NCBI GenBank assembly: GCA_964519305.1
Contig: CAZFHY010000023.1
Span: 1 to 40,240, forward strand
DNA length: 40,240 nucleotides
Source of the DNA: Candidatus Undinarchaeota archaeon
GTDB lineage: Archaea; SpSt-1190; JASMDC01
Direction: 5' to 3'
Part shown: positions 32,856-40,240 of the stretch, piece by piece
How the letters are laid out: every line of letters starts with the position of its first letter
Position numbering within the stretch: the stretch's first letter is position 1
Made by a program: the position numbers and the translations under genes
The notes under the pieces: model-generated
What the model was told of the DNA's origin: nothing
Database searches by the model: none
What the model saw: only the letters and a program-made list of their open reading frames with translations

Positions 32856-33674
32856 TTACTGCTCGGGCTTCTCCTCGGCGCCTACGTCGCGGTTGTACCG
32901 GAAGAAGTACATGAGCTCAAGTTCGTTGGACTCGTGACGCCAGGTCACGAGCTCGTCGAAGGTATCGTTGCGCTCCTTCTTGACCACCTTGATGGAACCC
33001 TTCAGGTCGTCGCGCTTGGCCTTGTATCCACCGAGCTCGGCGGCGACGTCCCTTATGGCGCCCTCGGTCCGAGCGATGTCGTGGATGATGGCCTGGTAAC
33101 CCTCGCTGCCCTTGGGGTCGCGGGTGCGCTCGTACTTGTGGCGGGCGCTGCTGTAGAGGTTGAGGTCGTGCTCCAGCCCGTACAGCTCCTTGGCGGTTGT
33201 CCTGATGTGGCCCTTGATCTCCTTGAGCTCCTTCTTTGAGGCGCAGAGCCTGTCAGTGAGCTCGTCGTAGAGCTTCTCACCGGACTCGATCCCGTCGGTG
33301 ACGAAGCCGTACCGCTTCTCGATGGTGCCACCGAGACGGTCCTCGACATCGCCGTACTTGCGGGCGACGGTATCGTTGAGAACGCTCTTCATCTCGCGCT
33401 CCTCCTTGGAGAGGTGGATGTAGCCAACGAAGTGCTTCCAGGCCCGTCCGAGCATGGTGTCGGCGTCGTTGCGGATCATTGCCTTGAGCGAGCGTTCGGT
33501 CCTGCACTCAGCGGAGTCGTAGTTACCGGCGATATCATAGATCTCGCCGGAGGTGACGTTAGCAGCGTCCTTACCGGAGAGCTCGACGACGTCCCCATAG
33601 GGCTCCTTCATCTTCAGGTCGGTGTAAGCATCGACAACACGTTCAAGGTCAGGGTTAGCTTCAATATCGATCAT
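32856..33674 (-). CDS. Hypothetical coiled-coil protein
   Basis: ATG 33674 with GAGGGGA upstream. Charged heptad-rich C-terminal half. Confidence 0.7.
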   Translation of the reverse strand: MIDIEANPDLERVVDAYTDLKMKEPYGDVVELSGKDAANVTSGEIYDIAGNYDSAECRTERSLKAMIRNDADTMLGRAWKHFVGYIHLSKEEREMKSVLNDTVARKYGDVEDRLGGTIEKRYGFVTDGIESGEKLYDELTDRLCASKKELKEIKGHIRTTAKELYGLEHDLNLYSSARHKYERTRDPKGSEGYQAIIHDIARTEGAIRDVAAELGGYKAKRDDLKGSIKVVKKERNDTFDELVTWRHESNELELMYFFRYNRDVGAEEKPEQ

Positions 33675-33798
33675 GTGAATCCCTCTGTCCCGTGTGTGAT
33701 TAGCCTTTCCAGTATTTAATGGCTTTTCCGGAATTAACCGGAAAATAGCGGACGGACCGCAATCTAGAGCCATTCACACCTGACCGATGACAGCAGGA

Positions 33799-34323
33799 CT
33801 ACGCCCAGTCATTGATCAAGTTCTCAGCCTCGTCCACGCTCTCTCCGAGCTCCCCCTGGTCGCTCTCGTCCTGGACCTGCTCGTCGTCACCGAGCTCCAT
33901 CTGGGCGGCCAGCTCGTTGTCCTCAGGCTCGGGCGTGGGCTCAGGTGTCGGCGTGGGGGCCTCGGTCGGCGCGGGCTCTTCCGTAGGGACAGGTGCCTCG
34001 GTCGGCTCCGGTGTTGCTGTGGGTGCTTCAGTGGGCGCAGGCACTTCGGTGGGTGCTGGCGCCTCCGTCGGCTCCGGTGTCGCAGCAGGTGCTTCAGTGG
34101 GCGCAGGCTCCTCGGTAGGTTCCGGTGCTTTCGTGGGCTCGGGAGTGACCGCTGGCGCTTCGGTCGCTACCGGCGCATCGGTCGGGGCCGGTGCCTTAGT
34201 GGGAGCGGCCGTTGGTGCCTTCGTGGGCTGCTTCCCGGGCGGCGGAGAGCCCTTCTTCTGGCATCCCGCTGCAAAGAGCACGAGCACGATGAGCATCGCC
34301 GCGATGAGATGATCCCGGCCCAT
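33799..34323 (-). CDS. Lipoprotein with PTEAP repeats and acidic C-terminus
   Basis: Lipobox AAGC. ATG 1 nt after the upstream stop, with a GGAGGTGG RBS. Confidence 0.8.
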   Translation of the reverse strand: MGRDHLIAAMLIVLVLFAAGCQKKGSPPPGKQPTKAPTAAPTKAPAPTDAPVATEAPAVTPEPTKAPEPTEEPAPTEAPAATPEPTEAPAPTEVPAPTEAPTATPEPTEAPVPTEEPAPTEAPTPTPEPTPEPEDNELAAQMELGDDEQVQDESDQGELGESVDEAENLINDWA

Positions 34324-34324
34324 T

Positions 34325-37021
34325 CTAGGCCACCTCCTCCATCTCGATCTCCTCCACGACGATCTGCTCGGCGTCCTCCTCCACATCAAGGTCCAGGGTG
34401 CCGCCGGCGGCCTTGACGCCACGGGCGATCTCCCGGAGGAGGGTCTCTGCGGACCGCAGCTCGGCCTTGGCCTCGTTCACGAGCTTCTTGCCGTTGTTGG
34501 CGCTCTCGAGCGCGGCGTCGAGCTGACCTTCGTCCTTTCGCAGCCGGCGCGCCTCCTCGATGTGGCGCTGGGCGAGCGCGAACTTGTCCCTGGCCGTGCT
34601 CACGTGGAGGCTGAACGTCTCCACCTTCAGGTCGAGGGAGGACACGTCCGTGCCCGTCGCCTCAAGGTCGGCCAGGACCGTGTCCAACCGCCGCTCCAGG
34701 TCGTCCGCCCGGGCGAGCACGTCCTGGACGTGGGCCACGGCGATGCTCTGAAGGAAGATTGCGCCCTTCTTATGGACGCGCTTACCGATAGTGACGATCT
34801 CCAGGCCTGCCGTTTTTAACTCGTCCTTGGTGGTCGCGTCGGCAACAGCGGCCTTGGCGGTCTCCAGCGCGGCGACCTCGGTATCGATGGCGTCGAGGAT
34901 GTCGGTCACGTCCTCCTCGGCCAGGTCGTCGGCGGCCTCCACCTTGCTCCGCGTCTTCTCGAGTTGGTGGATGCCGTTATCGGCCAGCGCCGTGAGGAAC
35001 GTACGAGCGTGCTCGATGGCCTTCTCCCGTGCCTCGACGCACTCGGGGGTGTCCTTGCCGGCGCACTCCTTCTCCAGACGCTTGTACCGCTCGAAGTCGG
35101 CCTTGGCCGTGGCGAGGCGTGCACGGGCGTTCAGGAACCGGCTCCGCGCCGCCAGGTAGGCCTTCTTGGCACGTTCCTGTATCGCAGCGGTCACCAGCCG
35201 CTTGCGGAACAGCTCCTTGCGGACCACCTTCCTGACACGGAACTTCGCAAGCAGTTCGGTGGCGTCCTCGATACCCTTCTCCAGCAGCTTCTTCTGGCGG
35301 GCCCGGTCCAGGCGGAGGAACACCTCTCGCTTGTCCTCGGGGAGCTTCTCCAGGAGGTCGGCCACCGATGAATGGCGCTCCATAAAGCGATCGATGGCAC
35401 GCTGACGCACCTCAGGGATGCCCTGGGGGATGAGGTTGGCCAGCTTGGGATTGAGGGCTATGGCGACGCCCACGGCCGCTAAGCGCTTGTCGCAGGCGCC
35501 CAGTGGGTCGGGGTGGGCCTCGGCCACCAGCTTGTCCACGCACTCGCGCTCCTGCATGATCGCGGTCTTGCACGCGAGCACGGGATTGTCCACATCGGTC
35601 TTTGTGACCATGAACCTGAAGCAGGCATCCATACGCTGCTTGACCAGGAGCAGGGACCCGATGCCGTAGGTCTTGACCGTGTCGGTGAGGAACGCCACAT
35701 AGTCCACGCAGTGCGTGACCGTGCCATCGGGGCCGAGGTCAGCGTAGGTGCGGGGGAGCTTTAGCCGCACATCCTTGACGCAGGTATGGACCAGCCCGAC
35801 CTCGAGCACTTCGGCCAGGGAGGTGTCCTCCTCCAATATCTCCGGATGCTTGATGACGGTCTTGCCGGCCAGGGACGCGAGGAAGAAGCAGAGGCCCTTG
35901 TCCTTCTTACCGGCCTTCGTGAACTCGTCCACGCACTGCTTCTCTTTCCAGATGAGGCGCTCGCATACCTTGATCGGGTTCTGGATGTCGAGACCGTTCT
36001 CCTCGATGCCCCGGGCCATCCCCTTGAGGCATTCGCCCATCTGCCAGTGGACGAAGTTGACGCCGGCCTGTCCATGGTCCGTCTTGATCCGCTCGAGGAA
36101 TCCGAGGTACTCGACGCACTCCTCACCGAGGGCCGTGTCCCCCAGCTGGTCGGCGATCGTGGGCAGGTGCTTCTTCACGTCGTTGATGCACTTCGCCCTG
36201 ATGGCCGGTACGAGGAGATGGGCCAGGTCGCACTCCTTGAGCGGCTGGGCCACTCCTGCGGCGACCTTCTCGTCCACACACGCCTTCTCCTCGATGAGCA
36301 GGTCCTTGCAGAATATGATCGGGTTGGTGACGTTGGTGTTCTGCTTGACGAACGCAAGGCAGGCCACGATGCGTATCTGTATTTGCGGGAGCGCGCCGAC
36401 GCCGTAGTCGTCGATCGCCCCGGCGATGAAGTCAACGTACTCTGTACACTCCTCTTCCAGTCCTTCCTCACCGATGTCGGCATAGGTGTCGGCGAAATTC
36501 TTGCGGGAGTTGGTCATGCAGTCCTCGAGGAGCTGGAGGTTCACCACATCATCGATCTTCGTCGTCTCCGAGAGGTGCTCGGGATGCTTGGTGAGTATCT
36601 TACTGGCATGTGTCGTCAGCAGGAGGCAGGTGAGTGGATCCTTGCCAGCGGCCTTCCGCTCGTCTCTGCATTCGAGCTCCTGGGTGATGAGGTTCCGACA
36701 GATGGCGATGGGATCGTCCAGGTCCGCGTCGCTCTCCACGGTGCCGTTGGCGATGGCCGTCCGAGCGTCGCGCACGAGCTTGAGGCAGCCTTTTGTCTGT
36801 GGCCACACGATGACGTTGATTCCCGGCTCCTTCTGGGCCATCTCGTTCAGGTAGGCGACGAAATCAGTGCACACCTCGTCAACGTCGAGGCCCGCCGGAT
36901 CGGCGCCGATGGCATTCCTGCAGTCGGTGTCCCATACATTATCGAGGATGCCCGCCTGCACGCTCGTTATCAGCAGCGCGGCGAGCACGAACACTAGTAG
37001 CGCACGTCGTAAGTTCACCAT
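34325..37021 (-). CDS. Secreted protein: four 6-Cys helical repeats plus long coiled-coil region
   Basis: Signal peptide ending VQA. Repeated (N/D)P(I/V)xxC-x9-C motif. Helical C-terminal half. Confidence 0.85.
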   Translation of the reverse strand: MVNLRRALLVFVLAALLITSVQAGILDNVWDTDCRNAIGADPAGLDVDEVCTDFVAYLNEMAQKEPGINVIVWPQTKGCLKLVRDARTAIANGTVESDADLDDPIAICRNLITQELECRDERKAAGKDPLTCLLLTTHASKILTKHPEHLSETTKIDDVVNLQLLEDCMTNSRKNFADTYADIGEEGLEEECTEYVDFIAGAIDDYGVGALPQIQIRIVACLAFVKQNTNVTNPIIFCKDLLIEEKACVDEKVAAGVAQPLKECDLAHLLVPAIRAKCINDVKKHLPTIADQLGDTALGEECVEYLGFLERIKTDHGQAGVNFVHWQMGECLKGMARGIEENGLDIQNPIKVCERLIWKEKQCVDEFTKAGKKDKGLCFFLASLAGKTVIKHPEILEEDTSLAEVLEVGLVHTCVKDVRLKLPRTYADLGPDGTVTHCVDYVAFLTDTVKTYGIGSLLLVKQRMDACFRFMVTKTDVDNPVLACKTAIMQERECVDKLVAEAHPDPLGACDKRLAAVGVAIALNPKLANLIPQGIPEVRQRAIDRFMERHSSVADLLEKLPEDKREVFLRLDRARQKKLLEKGIEDATELLAKFRVRKVVRKELFRKRLVTAAIQERAKKAYLAARSRFLNARARLATAKADFERYKRLEKECAGKDTPECVEAREKAIEHARTFLTALADNGIHQLEKTRSKVEAADDLAEEDVTDILDAIDTEVAALETAKAAVADATTKDELKTAGLEIVTIGKRVHKKGAIFLQSIAVAHVQDVLARADDLERRLDTVLADLEATGTDVSSLDLKVETFSLHVSTARDKFALAQRHIEEARRLRKDEGQLDAALESANNGKKLVNEAKAELRSAETLLREIARGVKAAGGTLDLDVEEDAEQIVVEEIEMEEVA

Positions 37022-37144
37022 GTCATGTCACGTCCAGAAAGAACTACTCCGGTCCGTTCAGCAAGGACGTAATAAAAAGGTATCGTCCCCCCACCACGTC
37101 CGGGCGATGCAAACTTTTTATATGACTCATGCCTTGTTCATGAC

Positions 37145-39655
37145 GTGGGCCTCCGTCGAACGTGCGTTGTCCTGGCTATCGTCATGCTCACGTGCGTCGT
37201 GGCGGTCGAGTGGTCGGTATCACCCCGGCTGGGCTGGGCGAACCTCACCGTCAGGGGGCACCGCGTTGAGGACGTTCGCGGTGAGGCGGAGATCATCATC
37301 GATGGCTGCGAGCAGGACACAGCGCCCTACTCTATCCGCCTTCCGATGGCACGGACCGAGGTCCCTGTCCCCCGAGGAAGGCGGGTGACCTCCGTCAGGC
37401 TACACGGCCACACCACAGAGGTCGAGGATCGGACCGATGTGCAGGTGAACGTCCTGGTCAACGGCTCCATCACCCAGGCCCCCATCCTGGACGCACCGAG
37501 CTACACGTACGCCGAGCTATTCTCCTGGGACGAGCGTCGGGGTGAGGACGGCCGCACCCTCTTGATCACGGTCCACCCCGTCATTGTCAACCGTACCTAT
37601 CCATATAATCCCGATCGACCGCTGACCAACCTGCTTATCACCAAGCGCCTGAACCTCAACGTGGGGACGGTGGCCATATCCCCCATCGGCTTCGGCGGCG
37701 CGGCCGTCGATGAGAACCGCGTCGAGGTGGGGCGGGAGGTGGGTGTGACCGCGAACCTTACCAACACGGGGGAAACTGTGAGCGTGGCGGTCGTGGCCGA
37801 GCTGGGCGAGGAGCGCACCTGTATCGTCAAGGACCTCGCAGCCTCCTCCAACGCGACCGTCTCCGTCCGCGTCGGCAGCACTGGTAACAATCCCAGAGAT
37901 CATCAGCTCCGGTTGTTCGTGGCGAACGTCACGTGCTGCGACGAGGTATGCGATGATACGGACATACGGGTGTTCGATGTGACCTATCTCACGGTCGAGC
38001 TGTACACGATCGAGCTGTCCGTGGGTCCCGAGCAACCGTTCTTCGGGGACGAGGTGTCCATCGAGGTAGAGGGGCCCGACAGCGTCCCGCTCTCCATCAC
38101 GATAGTCTCCCCCATGGGCAAGAAGACCACCGTGCCCATGACGGAGGGATCGGGGGGCTTCCGCGCGATGACCTTCGTCCCCTCGTCCCACGGCATCTAC
38201 ACCTTTACCGTAGAGGGACTCCTTAACAACGAACGGATCGAGCTTGACGTGAAGCCCGCCACCATGTTCAACGTGACCGTCGGTGGCGTGAGCATCGATG
38301 AGGGCACCATCGAGCTCACCGTCGTTCCGACCCTCAAGGACGACGTGGGCTGCGAGATGCGCTTGGTATCGCCCACTGAGGGCGAGGCCATTGATATGGA
38401 GCTTGCTGGAAACGCCTTCATCGGGAGCGTCACCGTTGACGCTGACGACTTGTACAACCTCGATGTAGTGTGCACCGGGCCTCGCGGGACGGTGATCATC
38501 CGCAGCCCCGCGACGGTGGACCGGGCCGCGCCCAACTTCACAGCATCCTTCCCTGAGCGCGTGAGCGAGCACACCCTGTGGGTCATCCTCGAGGGCGTTA
38601 CGGACGCAATGGACAAGCAGGTGTCGTGCACTCTAGCTCACGTGGGCGAGGAGGGGCAGTCGGTGAAGGCACAGGGGAGCGCGTTCCTCACGACCACGGT
38701 CCACGAGGGCAAGAACAGGCTGGAAGCCTGCTGTACCGACCTGGCGGGGAACCGTGCATGCGAGCCGGGGACGGTGGTCCTTGACTCGACGCCCCCCGCG
38801 TTCACGCTCACCTTCCGGCCGGGCATCGACCGGCCCATCGTGCGGTTCAATGCCGTTGATGTCGAGGAGCGGGGCAGCCCGCCGGCCACCTGCACCCTTG
38901 TGGTGGATGGGAGCACCCGGGTCCCTGATGAGGGGGGCGTGGAGAACCAATGGACGCTCACCCTGGGCGAGGGCGCTCACGCCGTCAGGTTCTGTTGTGC
39001 TGACGCCCTGGGGAACGAGCGGTGCGATGTGCGTGGGATCAACCTCACTGCTCCCGGTGAATCCCTAGTGGTCTCGACCCCCACGCCTATACCGGTCCCA
39101 AACGCTACTGTCGATCCCGGGAACGATACCAGGCCCGCTCCGGCACCAACGACCACTGTCGAGGAGCTGGAAGTGATCCCATTGGGCACCGAAGTGGACG
39201 AGCCAACTGAGGGGACGGTCGATGCTCGTGACCGCGTCGCTGAGTCAAGGGCCAAGAGCCAGGAGGACCTCGCCCATATCAAGGAGGCGGCCGGGCAGAT
39301 AACCGACGTCAGGATCCGCACCGAGGTCGAGAACTTGGTCATGGACGCAACCCGGTTGATGCAGCGCGGGGAGTACGGTGCTGCCCAGGATAAGCTCGAG
39401 CTGGCCAGGGGGATAATTGTCCTGAACCAGGGCACTACCCAACCGGAACAGGAGCCCAAGGAGACCTACCTCATCCTGTCCACACTCACGATCCTCGGGG
39501 TGGTGGTCATCATCGTGGTAGGAGTCGCCTTCCACCTCCATTCGAGGGAGGAGGAAGCGCCTCAAGAGTACCAACAACAGGACTACCAACAGGGCTACCA
39601 ACAGGGCTACCAACAGAGCTACCAACAGGGCTACCCGCCCGACTACTCAAGGTAG
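37145..39655 (+). CDS. Membrane-anchored Ig-like/CARDB-type surface protein with QQGY-repeat cytoplasmic tail
   Basis: Signal peptide, VTANLTNTG, CTDLAGN..LDSTPP and CADALGN Ig-like motifs, C-terminal TM. TTTTTATA about 23 nt before the GTG. Confidence 0.8.
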   Translation: MGLRRTCVVLAIVMLTCVVAVEWSVSPRLGWANLTVRGHRVEDVRGEAEIIIDGCEQDTAPYSIRLPMARTEVPVPRGRRVTSVRLHGHTTEVEDRTDVQVNVLVNGSITQAPILDAPSYTYAELFSWDERRGEDGRTLLITVHPVIVNRTYPYNPDRPLTNLLITKRLNLNVGTVAISPIGFGGAAVDENRVEVGREVGVTANLTNTGETVSVAVVAELGEERTCIVKDLAASSNATVSVRVGSTGNNPRDHQLRLFVANVTCCDEVCDDTDIRVFDVTYLTVELYTIELSVGPEQPFFGDEVSIEVEGPDSVPLSITIVSPMGKKTTVPMTEGSGGFRAMTFVPSSHGIYTFTVEGLLNNERIELDVKPATMFNVTVGGVSIDEGTIELTVVPTLKDDVGCEMRLVSPTEGEAIDMELAGNAFIGSVTVDADDLYNLDVVCTGPRGTVIIRSPATVDRAAPNFTASFPERVSEHTLWVILEGVTDAMDKQVSCTLAHVGEEGQSVKAQGSAFLTTTVHEGKNRLEACCTDLAGNRACEPGTVVLDSTPPAFTLTFRPGIDRPIVRFNAVDVEERGSPPATCTLVVDGSTRVPDEGGVENQWTLTLGEGAHAVRFCCADALGNERCDVRGINLTAPGESLVVSTPTPIPVPNATVDPGNDTRPAPAPTTTVEELEVIPLGTEVDEPTEGTVDARDRVAESRAKSQEDLAHIKEAAGQITDVRIRTEVENLVMDATRLMQRGEYGAAQDKLELARGIIVLNQGTTQPEQEPKETYLILSTLTILGVVVIIVVGVAFHLHSREEEAPQEYQQQDYQQGYQQGYQQSYQQGYPPDYSR
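39569..39636 (+). repeat. 12-bp tandem repeat (TACCAACAGGGC) encoding YQQG
   Basis: About five imperfect copies, visible directly. Confidence 0.85.
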
Positions 39656-39730
39656 TAGTACTCGCCCTTCGCCTTCTGCTATCTTCTTGATGCATCGCAG
39701 CGTGTACATCGACCAGTGGGTAGACACGGT

Positions 39731-40240
39731 CTAATATCCTGGATAAGAACTCGAGGGAATCCATCCGGGCACCCTTCCAGCAAGCTCTTGGAACGCGAGC
39801 GATACTTCGTGCTGGGAGAACCCGAGGGTGAGCAGTTCCGCCTCTATCTCTCCCTGATCCCGTTCCGGTGCCTCGCTCAGAAAGTGGACGATCCTGGACA
39901 CGTTCGTCTCCTCCTTTCGTGCCCGTCCGGCGAGTTCCTGGAACGCGAGCGATATTTCGTACTGAGAGAATCCGAGGGCGAGCAGTTCCGCCTCTATCTC
40001 TCCCTGATCCCGTTCCGGTGCCTCGCTCATGTAGCGGACGATCCTGGACACGTTCGTCTCCTCCTTTCGTGCCCGCCCGGCGAGCTCTTGGAACGCGAGC
40101 GATACTTCGTGCTGGGAGAATCCGAAGGCGAGCAGTTCCGTCTCGATCTCTCCCTGTCCCCGCTCCGGTGCCTCGCTCATGTAGCGGACGATCCTGGACA
40201 CGTTCGTCTCCTCCTTTCGTGCCCGCCCGGCGAGCTCTTG
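39731..40240 (-). CDS. 3' end of a protein with 50-aa tandem three-helix repeats (5'-partial)
   Basis: Frame open to the window edge. Unit VSRIVRYMSEAPERDQGEIEAELLALGFSQHEVSLAFQELAGRARKEETN. Confidence 0.75.
   Translation of the reverse strand, partial: QELAGRARKEETNVSRIVRYMSEAPERGQGEIETELLAFGFSQHEVSLAFQELAGRARKEETNVSRIVRYMSEAPERDQGEIEAELLALGFSQYEISLAFQELAGRARKEETNVSRIVHFLSEAPERDQGEIEAELLTLGFSQHEVSLAFQELAGRVPGWIPSSSYPGY
39778..40240. repeat. 150-bp near-identical tandem repeat, at least 3 copies
   Basis: ATCCTGGACA recurs at 39891, 40041 and 40191, and the flanking sequence matches. Confidence 0.95.

Overview
GC-rich archaeal genomic DNA. Evidence: TATA boxes about 23-26 nt before apparently leaderless starts, GGAGG/GGTG Shine-Dalgarno sites inside operons, archaeal S-layer and KaiC-type families. 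The lineage cannot be fixed from this window; several protein styles recall uncultivated DPANN-type or Thermoplasmata-type archaea (inference). About 27 CDS; no rRNA, tRNA or CRISPR seen. Most of the window encodes large secreted or surface proteins: three VWA proteins, Cys-rich repeat proteins, a CWB2-repeat giant and Ig-like proteins. It also holds a membrane-tailed HerA/DUF87-type ATPase with a CxxH zinc-finger array, and a four-gene KaiC module (full-length KaiC, an output-less Cache-HAMP-PAS-PAS sensor, two degenerate KaiC-fold proteins). A block at 28.3-32.8 kb contains a fused tandem nucleoside 2-deoxyribosyltransferase, a structured intergenic region with two inverted-repeat-bounded units, a mobile-element-like wHTH ORF, and a coupled wHTH/Zn-ribbon plus GMN-less CorA-like gene pair. 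The best candidates for undescribed systems are that last pair, the KaiC module and the repeat-unit region. All family calls come from motif recognition by eye and were not database-checked.
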